From: Bispira polyomma
Lineage: Eukaryota
Direction of reading: 5' to 3'
Length of the DNA: 64,000 nucleotides
Assembly: GCA_965649765.1 (NCBI GenBank)
Contig: OZ287752.1
Span: 31,062,001-31,126,000, forward strand
The notes below the pieces were generated by a model. The model searched no databases, was not told where the DNA came from, and was given only the letters and a program-made list of their open reading frames with translations. Positions 14,161 to 25,828 of the stretch are shown here, piece after piece. Positions within the stretch are counted from its first letter, which is position 1; every line of letters begins with the position of its first letter. The translations under genes were made by a program, and so were the position numbers.

Positions 14161-15364
14161 TTATAAGGAAGGTTTTAGTTCAGTTCTTACTTTCATCAGT
14201 GCTCGTCCCATCAGGTTGTTTCCTTTCCATTGTCTTTTATCCCATAACTTTTTATCTCCAAGTGAAAGTCCTATTCCATACTCTTTGTCTGATTTGCTGG
14301 CTTCCGCAATCACAGTGTCCTCAGTTGCAATCAGGAAGGCACTTAACTCTGAATTCTGTCTGAATTTTTCAAAAAGTCCATCATGCAGTATTTTTTCGAT
14401 TTCTCTCTTCCAAATGTTCTTGTCAAAGTGTTTCACGGTCCTGCCAAGCCTTTTAATAACTACTGGATCATGCTCAGATGATAGTTTGTGGATTAGAAGT
14501 GGGTCTCCAAAAAGCTCTGCTATCCTTATAAACAGAAATTGTTCCATGCTGCTATATGTTTCTCCATTCACAGTAAATTTACACTGATAATGATTAGACA
14601 GCATATTGTACTTTGAGTAAAATCCCGTTACATCTCCTCTAGTTGGTGTGAACAGCTTGTTCAAATCCAGCTTACAGTGTTGTTTCTCCAAGTCCCCAAC
14701 TTCATATACCTCCGATTTCACAATTAACTTGTCATCTTTGAGATATATTCCCCCTGTATCTTTATTTTCCTGTTCAAAACCAGCTTTTACTGCCTCCATC
14801 ACCGGGAACAACTTCCTTCTTGCCTGTGCAATTTCCAATGGTAAATCTTCCACAGTTGTTATGCCTTGTTGATTACTTATCTCCCTTTTTATCCTCAGGA
14901 TGCTCAGTTTGTCCTTAAAATTTGCTAATCTTGCTATAACAGCCCGATTCTGTGAATCTGTGAATTCTTTCAAAAGATCGTCAGTCCAGTCTTTGAGGCC
15001 CCTTGAGAAACTTGTTGCAAATATCCAACATTTTCTGCTCTAAATTTTCATCTCTCTCTTCAGCTACACCCAGAAATCTGATATTATTTTTCCTTTGAAA
15101 CAGTTCTAACTTATTAACTTGATCGTGAAGTTTCTTATTTTCCTCTTTCAACTGTGTAATTTCTTCTATATTCTTTGTTTTTGTCTGACAAAAGTCTTTT
15201 TTTAAGGATTCAAGATTGCTCTGAATAGGTTTTATATGCTCATTTAACTTCTCATCCAATACTTCTCTTAAAATATCCTTGAAATTTTCATTTTGATTTA
15301 ATAATCCTTCAGGTGAAAATAACATATCTGTGTGAAGGCATTTTGGGGTACAAGGTGAAGCCAT
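14161..15364 (-). pseudogene. LINE ORF1 (coiled coil, RRM, CTD) fused to a C-terminal NADAR domain; one stop and one frameshift near 14955-14983
   Basis: ATG at 15364; coiled coil; RKNNIRFLGVAE, ERIHR, RAVIARL, EDLPLEIAQARRKL (L1 ORF1 motifs), continuing in frame into NADAR motifs. Confidence 0.88.
14164..14631 (-). other. NADAR (YbiA-like) domain within LINE ORF1
   Basis: FYSKYNMLSNHY, YSSMEQF, IKRLGRTV, FDKNIW, EKFRQN, LIAT, EASKSDKEYGIG, WKGNNLMGRALMKVR match the NADAR signature order and spacing. Confidence 0.9.
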
Positions 15365-17103
15365 TTTAATAACCAAACACTATATTTTACTTTTTTTCTG
15401 CACTACACTTCAATGACCTAATTCTTCGACAGTTCTAAAAAAGACTATTTGGCTGTACTGGGTCTTCCGCTATTGTTCATAGAAATCACAACATGTCATT
15501 CATTACCCTGCCTTCCCAAAACACTATAACTTGTTTCTCTGCAGTGCACTCCAATGACCTAATACTTTGACAGTTCTCTGTGCTGAATGTTTCTTCTGCA
15601 GTTTATATTATTCACAACATGTCATTAAATAGCTTGTCCAGTCTCCACACTTTGGTTAGCCCTATGTATCTTTGCACACTTGATTTAATTAATCTATTAT
15701 TATTCCTTATAAGGCTTGATTTACTACTTGTGTATATCCTTTTTCACCAGTATTAAACTTTCTATCTTTCAAAATATTCATTTTTTCCTTATTATTCTAA
15801 GACATATTCAACTATCCATTTATGTCATTAAAGTCTCTGGAATTTAATCTTCCATATTATATAAAATTCATGTCTTTTATATGCCTGTTAACACCTTAAA
15901 ACTTTAACTTTTTAACTGAGAAACAAAACCATGTCTCTCCCTCTGAGGGGGAAAATTAAAAATCTAGTAAATTACACTAGGAATCACTATATTATACAGG
16001 TTTCCCATTTACTCATTTGCTACCAGAAGACCTTTTATTATTTGCAATTTACTTACTAGCTCTCTATATTTTAATTTTCATATTGCAATTTCATTCATTG
16101 CAGTTTATGATATCTGTTTTAAATTTAAAATAACATTTTAAAATGCTATAAATCACACTTTTCCTGTATTGATGAATTAACCATCGGTGATAACAGTTCA
16201 CATTGAATAGGATATAGGATAGACAGTACTAGTATACAGTATCTTGGATATCTTTTTTATGTAGTGATTATTGATAGCAAAAAGTATTTATAATGATTGG
16301 GTACTTTACATGACAGAAGCAGAAGCTTAGTTCAAAGTAACAAGGAAGTTACCCTTGTTGTATAGAGTCAACTAAAATTTAGTCCTTTCATAAGTCAAAC
16401 AAACAAACAATTTAGGCATGCCTTTCCCTCAGAGAATTGGGTAGTTGATCACTCGTGGCCAACAGTGAATGTTTTTACTACAGAACTAGTCAAACTGATG
16501 TCTGATAACTCACTTAAATTCCTCTTCTTGCAATCTATGTTTTTATTTTAAGTCACTGAAATGCATCTAGAAGTACAAGATTTACTTTTTGATCACATAG
16601 ACTGTCAACACACACACAACTTGATCTAAAGAGAGGTTTGTTTCTTCAACTCTGCATTTATTCAACCTAATTAATTGGCTATCCTCCTGAGGCTGTACCC
16701 ACATAATATATTTCAAAAGTTGCTTGTTTTTCGTTGTATTTAAAATAAAAAGTTTTTTAAAACATTTTTTTTTTAAGTATCATTCAGTACAGATTTGATA
16801 TGAAAATGATCCACATACCTAAAATTTTCTATTCACCATAATATATCCATGAGTCCTATAGGGTATTTGGTTAAAAGTATGAAAAATTTATTGAGAGTAA
16901 AGAACACAGCCTGCATTTCTAATTCTCCAGCAAACACAACAGTCACCAAATGGACATGTCAGTATAAATAATATATTACTCTGTCCATTTAATAGTAATT
17001 CATACAATTAACAAATGTTTACAGAAGAGGATAAAATTATGATATATGATACATATATATATATATATGTACAGATATATGATAATGTAGAGAATTACGA
17101 AGT

Positions 17104-18456
17104 TCAATTCAAAAAAAGTTTGCCCAATTCAAAAATATTTTTCCATCCATATTTTGTTGTCAGTGCCTGCAAGAACAAGTTTGCTGTTATGAGAAAGTTA
17201 ATACATTTTACAGCTTGTGCAAGGCTCTCTTTGTGGCTCAGTTTAACAGTATAGCGCATAACCTGTATGCCCTGCCCCAATTCAATCAGACAGTTTGATC
17301 TTCTACAGACATGGGAAACCATTTTGATCAGGTTGTTGAAGTGGTTCACATGGAGGAGATACTTTTCAAAGTTATCCACCATTTCTGACAATTGCCTCAC
17401 AGCTAATTGCATAATGTTGCATTCCAAGTAGTTATGGCTCTGCTTTTTCTCTTCAAAAAGATTACGATTCAGAGCAAAATGGGACAGAACTCCTTGCTCA
17501 AAATACTTTAAGAGAGCTCACAGAAGTAACTGAACTCCTGAATCTACACATTGCCAAACTTCATCTTCTGGGGTGTGTGCCTCACACATCAACAAGAAGG
17601 TTGTCTTGGCCAAATATGAAGTGAAGAAAGCATCATCATTCTCATTGTCATGTTCGCCACATGAGATTGGTCTCAAATAGCGATAGAACATGCTTTTAAA
17701 AAGGACATAAGCATGCCTCTGAAAGGTGCTTATCTGTGAAAACAATTCAGTCTCTACCTCTGCAAAAAAGCACCGTCCACCTGTTTTTCCTATGACTGCT
17801 GCAACATGAACTTTTCTTGAAATATCTTGCCGGATTATTTGGCTTGGCCATTTTCCTTCAGTTTGTAGCCAAGGAATGTCTCTGGGCCACTCTTGAAATA
17901 TTCCTGCTGCAACATAATCCACATGAACCTCAAAGAGAGTTTTATGTTTTACCTTCACAGGCATCTTTACGAAATTATATTTAATGGATGTACCCTCTTT
18001 GTCATAGTGTTGTGGACACATATCTATCTGTGTAGTTGTGCCCAGGGCAAGTTTAAAAGCATTAAGAACCACACCGTTTGGATCTCTAAATTTAGAACTG
18101 TATTCTAACTCCTTTGTTTTTTCTGTATTTGATATTGCTTTTCCATTACTGTCTACAAACACAATGGCACCTGTACTTTCATCCTTTTTGGCTATCCACC
18201 TTTCACATCCACCTGCTGAAAAACATATAAGGTCTGCTTCAAAAATATAATGCTGTATATCTGGATTAAAATTGTATAGTCCAAATGTACCATCTGCAAG
18301 ACTTCCTTGATGTGTACAGGAACTAGTGAAATTTTGGCCATAAACTCCTTCACTAGAAGTCAATAGCCTGAGACCAGATTTGAGAGTCTTCAGCAAACTG
18401 GGGGAAATTCCTTCATATTTTGTTAAGCATAGAATTAGTTTTGTTGTAAATGCCAT
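17104..18456 (-). pseudogene. Mab-21/cGAS-like receptor (cGLR) paralog A, interrupted by one in-frame TGA at 17518-17520
   Basis: GSLADG...EAD, HVDYV, EWP, TSYLAKT motifs; ORFs 17518-18456 and 17104-17427 share a frame; paralog B has CGA at the equivalent codon (52718-52720). Confidence 0.88.
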
Positions 18457-19779
18457 ATTTTAATGTATATATTGAGTTAAACGGTCCAAGTATTTGTATC
18501 ATATATGATTTTTTTTACACCAAAAAACTACATTCTGTTGAACACCCTTTAGATATCTGTACAGATGTTTTGCACAGCTTTTCACCCACAAATGTATTTT
18601 ATCACTGTTACACACAAGTGGGCAAAACGTCTCTTTCTTAACTTGGAGTCAAACTTTCTTATCTCCTCTCTCTAAGTAGTAAATCTGTTAGTCAGTGTGC
18701 ATTAAAATAACATTGGATTGTTTTCGTTTTGACATGAGTGTAACCCATAAAAATAACAAAAACGCCCTACCATATTCTACATAATTAACTTACATTACTA
18801 TGACAAATTACCACTATAAATGAGGTTTTAAGTGGCTTTCTAAAACAGGCTAATAACTGCCTTACACTTTAAGTAATAAAAATGAAAAATGTAAATGATG
18901 TAACTGCTTGATAAAAATTTTATATAATGATTTTCAAGCCAAAATTCACTGGTTTAATAAGACCTGAATGTGTTAAAAAAGTAAAGCTAGTGTAACAAAT
19001 CTGCAGTAATAGTTAATAGAGCAATAGAGGTTAATACTGTAAGGCACCATTAGTTACCCTTAGATAGGGTGTTGATAAGCTTATCTCAAAAATGGCTTGG
19101 AGTTTCAAATTTGGTGGATCTACCCTGTTAGGTACGAAGATGGGTTGCAAAATATTTTGTAACGATACCTACAGTACTTTTTGAAACATTAAGGGTTTTA
19201 TGGGATTTTTCCAAGAACTGGTATGTGTCTACAAGCTAATCTCAGGAAGTACTGTTGCTGGTATTTTGAAATACAATTAAAGTATGCTACAACTATTGAG
19301 GATGAATTGTTTCAAAATTCAGAATAATTCCTTTTTCCAGTAAAGATATATTTCAATTTAGCTGGAGCATAGTTTTTAAACTTATAACCTGCCATGCTGT
19401 TTTATATTCCAGAACATTCTCTCTGTGTGTATAGTAATCTGCCAGTGCGAAAGAAACCATTTTTTTTTTAATTTCTGAGATATCTTCGGTAACTTCCATA
19501 GAAACTAGAACATACATATATACTGGCTAATCAGAGAAAGAGTATGACGCCATTTTCTAAAATATCTCCAACAATTGTCACAAATATTACGAACAGCTTT
19601 TTTTATTTGCTGGTGGATCTCTTATTTATGGATTAAAAAATTAAAATTAGTAATACCTTGCATAGAAATGTGTACTGCTTCTATATAAATAGTGTTGGGT
19701 ATTTTTACCTGATGTTTTTTAGTTATAAATAAATTACACATAATTGTGTCAAGGCAGATAAAAGAGTCAAAGTTCTGTA

Positions 19780-19905
19780 ATCGAGTCCGATCCCGTCTGA
19801 GCCTGAGTTTGACCAAGCCCAAGTCTGACCGAGTCTGTCTGAGCCCAAGTCTGTCCAAACCTGAATCTGTCCAAACTCGAGTTTGTCTGAAGCCGAGTCT
19901 GAGTG
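19780..19905. repeat. Short CCGAGTCT/CCAAGTCT-like minisatellite
   Basis: Repeated degenerate units such as CCGAGTCTG and CCCAAGTCTG. Confidence 0.6.
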
Positions 19906-20114
19906 TATTATAGAGTGTGTCCAATGCTGTTAGATTGTATAAATGTTCATCAGTTGGTATAAATATGTGACCATTAGTGTAAATAGTAACCCGATGGTTA
20001 AAATGTATGAAAAGTCTTTCGCAGAACTTTGGTAGAAATTTTGTAAATAGTTGAACATAGTTGTAAATAGTTGTAAAAAAATTTAGCAAGCAAATATAGC
20101 TCATTAAAAGTGAC

Positions 20115-20328
20115 AAAAAACACATAATATTGTGGTTTAATTATTGGGGAGTACCAAATAAAATTTTGTTTAACAACAAGAATCTATGTTACTAATAAAA
20201 CAAACAGAATAAACGGAAATTTATATAAATTTTTTTTTTCATTTTTTTTTTTTAGTTTTTTTATTCTTTCTTGTCATTAAATTGGTACGCCTGGGCGTAC
20301 TGGCGTTAATGGTAGCTACGCCCCTGGC
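20115..20328. mobile_element. Dispersed non-autonomous DNA transposon end (CAGGGGCGTAGC terminus); inverted copy at ~35380-35570
   Basis: About 200 bp of close reverse-complement match to 35380-35570; related terminus near 41228-41262. Confidence 0.6.
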
Positions 20329-21090
20329 TTTGCAGTGTATCATAAAATATAAACATTTAACTTTGATAATACGATTAAATATCAAACAATTCCAACTGTA
20401 ACCTGTCATGAATCAAACAAATTCATATAATTCCTGACATTTTGAATCACCAATTATCTGACAGGGACTTAGCAAGTTTAAGTCAAAGTTTAATAAACAA
20501 AACTTTTTAATTTTGATTTTGATTTTGTTTTTTGGAATGTTGGTATAGACCTAGAAAATTATACAGTATATTAGTGTATGTAAAAATGTTAATGTGTAAT
20601 ATTGTAAATAAAACAATATAACATGTCTTAACATAGTCTTAGCCTCCTTTTGTGAATACCATTTAAGCCTTAAACCTAGCTAAGACAAAAGTCTTAGATT
20701 TAAGACTTGATGTCCACAAAATGGCTAAGTCTAGACAATGTCCTAAATCTAGCACAAGAGTACATTAGATATAAGACAAAGTTATGGTTTAGTCTTTTTG
20801 TGAATACCATTACATACTCACTGACAGACTTAAGGTGCGAATATACATCCGTTTCCATCATCCGATGTCCAAAATTGCAGATACACTTCTAGATTTTTGT
20901 AGTATACAATACTGTTTAATTATTAAAACTTCCCCAGCCTCATTTTAAAAATTCGGCTCCCTATTGGGAGGTCCTGTCGGCCAGGTGTATTTTACTTCCC
21001 TATTATATTATATTTTAATTTTTTGGATGAGGGAAGCAGACATCAGATGGCGGATTCGGACACAAAATGCGTCCCTTAAGCTAATTCTCA

Positions 21091-21199
21091 GGGCTCGTAT
21101 TTGCAAAAGGACTTAGCCAGGTCTTAGGCTTAAATCAGTATTCTTTTGTGCTAGATTTAAGCCTAAGACCTGGCTAAGTCCTTTCATGAATACAGGCCC
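21091..21199. repeat. Palindromic mini-element with perfect 31-bp arms
   Basis: 21106-21136 is the exact reverse complement of 21154-21184; related partial copies at ~20630-20810 and 21200-21280. Confidence 0.8.
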
Positions 21200-22065
21200 A
21201 GGCTGAAATCTAGCACAAAATTACATGTATTCTAGATTTAAGCCTGAGACTTATCAAAGTCTGTTGGTGAATATAGGCCCAGATCTATCTGTATTCAGAT
21301 AATAGAAGTTCCAGTATTTAAATTTTTTTTGGCATGTAATACGCATATTTAGTTGTAAGTTTCACTTGGTCCATATTTTAAATATAGTCTATAAAAACAC
21401 ACACTTGTGTCTTCATATTACAGATGATCTCAAACTTTTGTTGCACTTAATCTTTGCAAACAAAAAAAAGTACATTGGCAAATTTGTGCAATTAAAAAAT
21501 GGCAAATTTAATTTGAAACAAAGTACTGATTCAAAACCTCCCAACACATGCATATACAAGATAATTAACAGATAATTATCCCTGTAGATTAATTATTAAG
21601 GTGGTGTTTCTTATGTTTCTTATCAAAAGAGACTATTTCAGCGATTTAAATAAATAAAAAAAAAAAGATTTAAATAGTTTTTCAGGACCATATTTATATA
21701 GATTATTATGTGTGTAATGTTGATGTACAATGTAGTAATGTTCATTTTTGACCACATATGGTAATCGGATAATACATTTTCAAACTTGACGTGACACAGT
21801 GGACTGAAGACACACACACAGGTGTTAAGTTCACTTGGTGCAGAATAGGTCCATTAATTGATTATGTAATATTGCCCTATGTAACATGATAAAGTTATGT
21901 TTTTTACATATATTTTGTATTGATATTTATAAAACACTACATAACTAAGACATACACCTATACATTGGGCCATTGTTACACCAAATATGTGGAATATGCA
22001 CAAAATTACAGGGGTTTAAAGTGAAAAATTCAGTGAAAATAGGTCCATTAATTGATTGGGACTTC

Positions 22066-23605
22066 TATAAGTTTGATAAGCAGAACACAGATTGCGGTTA
22101 AAATATTTATTAGAATATTTCAGCTAGTCTTACTATATACAGTTGTAGTTCAGGGCATAAAGTGACCTTAAAGTCACAGAAGCTCACAATACATGAGAGT
22201 TAAGACCACCTTAAAGTGGTAAGTTAAGGTGACAACAGGAGATTAAGGTTCCCTTAAATTTTGAAGTTAGGGTGACCCTAGAATTTATTAAGGTCGCCTA
22301 AAATTGAGGTGTGAGGTCACCTTAACCAGATAAATTACTAAGACTCAATTTTTTAGTTGAAAGAGGATTTGCAAAAGCAAAAAGAGTACATTATGTACTG
22401 GTTGACTGGAAGGGGACCTTATGCCCAGAGAAGTATTATTTTATTTACTGTTAATGAATTAGTGTATGACAACATATATTGTGTGTGGTATATATGTTGT
22501 GTTTACTATTTTACAATTTGTTAAGATTTGCAGTTAAAGTTCTTCATAGAGACTAACAATAAAGCATGTCAGCCACAACAACATTGTATATTGTATATCG
22601 TTAAAACATAAATGAAGATTAATGTAAACAATGTAAAAGCATTAAGATATGTGTAAAATATGAAGAAACTTTTAAAACATTTATCGTAATTTAAGTCACT
22701 TGGCAGTCATTTGGGCATTAACAAAGCCCCAACATTAAACCCCCTAGCTCAAAATGACCAAACCCTTATGTGACCGAGTAATACGGCCCCTTACACTACA
22801 CATTAAATCTCATGGGGAAATGTTGCACATTTGGAGTCAAAATCTGACACATTTTACACAATCTTCTCTCTCAGTTGCAGGGAACCCAGCCGTGACCAGG
22901 AAGTATGCAGGTTCCACGACGATCCAGATATAACTGTACAATACGTCACCAGCCTGATTGGGGACCAAGCCCCAAGACACAAATTTCTACGCTGCCCCCC
23001 CAGCTAAGATGTTATAACTACCAAAGTCACAGCACCACGCGGGCAGGACCCCCGGCTGGAAAAAGACATGCTGATCTGCGAACCACATGGGCCCACCTGG
23101 AGCCACATGGGCCTCCAGCATAATGCTGGAGGAACGACAGAATTCAGACATCACCATCCACAATATAACCACAATCTGAAACTGTAAAATACAATTAAAT
23201 AAGGGTAAGAGGAGGATGGGTTTTTACTGCTTGTTGTTCTGCAAACTTCGAAAAAGGCAGCAAAAGTTAGGGGATGAGGACTTTTATAGTCGTTGACAGC
23301 CCCCCCCCCCTCACGATTAGCCTGGTATCCCAACACTGAATAAGGTATCACCGAGGTGCTACCCCATACAGTGCCTCGGGAAGGACGGCCAAATTTTTTA
23401 TAACCAGAGTGAAAATAATTTGGTATAAGTTTGATAAGCAGAACACAGATTGCAGTTAAAATATTTATTAGAATATTTCAGCTAGTCTTACTATGTACAG
23501 TTGTAGTTCAGGGCATAAGGTGACCTTAAAGTCACAGGAGCTCACAATACGTGAGAGTTAAGACCACCTTAAAGTGGTAGGTTGAGATGACAACAGGAGA
23601 TTAAG
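22066..23605 (-). mobile_element. Element bounded by ~180-bp direct repeats, possible non-autonomous DIRS-like or LTR-like relic
   Basis: 22066-22247 is nearly identical to 23424-23605; TAAGGTGACCTTAA subrepeats resemble the 3' end of the DIRS element (47160-47360) in reverse. Confidence 0.45.
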
Positions 23606-24823
23606 ATTCTATTCTGTGTGACAAGAAAAGAACTTCTTGCAGTTGTATATTTTGTACAGTACTTTAGACATTATTTGTCGGGTAGATATTTCATTATAAG
23701 GACCATAGTACATTGAGATGGGTGATGTCATTCTAGAATCCTAGGGATCAGATGGCCAGGTGGCTAGTAGTGCTATGTCAGTACAGAATCGAGGTTGTTC
23801 ACTGAGGAGATAAGAAGCATTCTAACATTGACGGTCTGCCAAGAGTTCCATTCGACCCTTCAGATTGTTCCTGTTATGACAGGCGGTAGGTTATTATCGC
23901 CAGGAGCACATATTGATGAGAGTATTGGCATATATTATGGGCTTTTATCTCTGAAGAGTATAGCACTTGTAAGGTCATAATCATAATTTTAATAGCAATA
24001 ATAGAAGATGTTAGCCACATCATACTGTGGTAGGTGGTTCGCTGTAACACTTTTTTTGTCATAAACGTGTTGTATGCACACAGCATTATAGGTATGCGGC
24101 CCGATGGGCCATTCCATTTTAATCTTGTTTAAACATATTTATATAGGGTAATTCATATTTTGTAGAAATGTATATACTTGTCAGTGTTACAATTCATCTG
24201 ATAATAAAAAGCTTGCATGCCAGTATTGCCATCAAAATTTGTCTCAAACTAGCAATTTACTAATATTTTGAAATTGACTATCTTATTGTTAGTATGATAA
24301 CAGTTTTACAGTCATCACTACCTTCTCAAACTTTTTATAGTATTCAACAAACAAATTTAATGTGTACTTCGCAAGTGGAACTTGAAGCAAACATTTAATC
24401 GGTTATTGTTTATTTTTTACTGGAATTAAATGTGGTATTTTTCTCCAGTCAATGAATGATCTAAAATAGTAACCTTGTTGAGGCTTACATTTCACTTGAC
24501 TGTGCTAGATATTTTATTTATTAAAAATAACATTACTCTGTAAATGTTATTTTATAAATTGTATTCTAATTATATTAAATAGTGCTAAACTCATTGGAAG
24601 TCATTATATTGTCACTAATGACTGCCCACTGATGTTGCTAAATTCAACACACTTGAGCCTTAAGTATCTTTAAACAAGGATACAATATCAACCACATTAG
24701 TGTTGAAACTCATGACTTCCCTCTTTCTAGCACTGTAAAGCTCTGCAGGGAGACTGCATAAGTTAAGATTACAAGGGGTGTCATGTGTCCCAACTTGTTT
24801 ATAATTATCCTTCTATAGCATAA

Positions 24824-25635
24824 TGTTACGGTGACGGGAGCAAGCGCGGTAGCAATTACCGGTTGCTTTGAGGTTGTAACAGGAAAAGACAAAAAGTTTC
24901 ACTTAACAAATTTATTTAACAAATAAAATAACAACTACAGAATTACAGAATTATAAAATTACAAAATTACAAAATTACAGTCAACTAAGATACCCTTAAT
25001 AGCTCACACAATAATATAATAATGAAATCAATCTGACCTGACCACAGTCCTGTCCACTTAAATAACAATTAAACCAGTTTGTCCACTGTATCCAGCAATC
25101 TGTCTTGAGATCCGCTCAATGTCCACACAATGCCTGTATCCTGTTATCTGTTCAGCGTCCACGCACACAAAATGTATATATCCAGAGAATCTGCACAACT
25201 AAGCTATCCAGTCCAGGATGCAAACAATATCCAATATGCAGTAAATCCAATCTCTGGTAGATCCACAACTTTTATCTAGTTCACTCCAATGAGTTCACCA
25301 CAAAATGTATATAACAAACAGTATAGTAGTTCATATAGCATTCATATAGCACCTCAGCTCAATTAAATCTCTTCTGTGGCCAGGCTGTCAACTCTTATAT
25401 ATACCACTGCTAGAGAAGGTTGCTAGAATGTGTAAGCAATCGCTAGGACATTCCAGAGATGAGATATACATATGAATACAACTTTAATAACCTTCAGAAA
25501 TAAAATAGAACCGGTTTCTAGAAGCTTAGGGGTTTCCCCAAATCTATAAATAGATCACTCCAGCAGAGTGTAAAACCATTAGTACTAACTAGACCGGTTT
25601 TTCTTCAACACACCACAATGTCCCCATATGTAACA
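24824..25635 (-). repeat. 3' LTR
   Basis: TGTTAC...GTAACA; direct repeat of 29976-30787. Confidence 0.96.
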
Positions 25636-25646
25636 CCTCCCCCCTT
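25636..25646 (-). other. Polypurine tract
   Basis: AAGGGGGGAGG on the minus strand abutting the 3' LTR. Confidence 0.9.
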
Positions 25647-25828
25647 AAAGAAAAATTTTGGAAGCCAAGGGGTTACAAAATTTCATATTACACAAAACAT
25701 AAGTGAACATACAGTGTACATATTGATCCATGAAACATTATATTTTAAGTTACACAAGTATTATCCATAAGTAAACATCTAAGTTTTACAAGTTACAACT
25801 TTTCAGTTACTAACATACAAAATAACCT

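Larger units (their letters stand above)
9437..15640 (-). mobile_element. Near full-length L1/Tx1-type non-LTR retrotransposon (ORF1-NADAR plus ORF2); ends approximate
   Basis: ORF1, ~700-bp AT-rich spacer, ORF2 (APE-RT-CCHC); AATAAA followed by an A-rich tract on the minus strand near 9437-9470; duplicated ~140-bp block in the putative 5' UTR (15397-15630). Confidence 0.9.

Noticed and set aside
17518-17520. TGA as selenocysteine or genetic-code reassignment
   Set aside because: The paralog has Arg (CGA), and TGA is the normal terminator of both cGLR ORFs.
14161-18456. NADAR and cGLR as an operon-like defence system (CBASS or DarT-NADAR style)
   Set aside because: NADAR is embedded in a LINE ORF1, no NADAR accompanies paralog B, and no ADP-ribosyltransferase is visible; proximity is probably coincidental.
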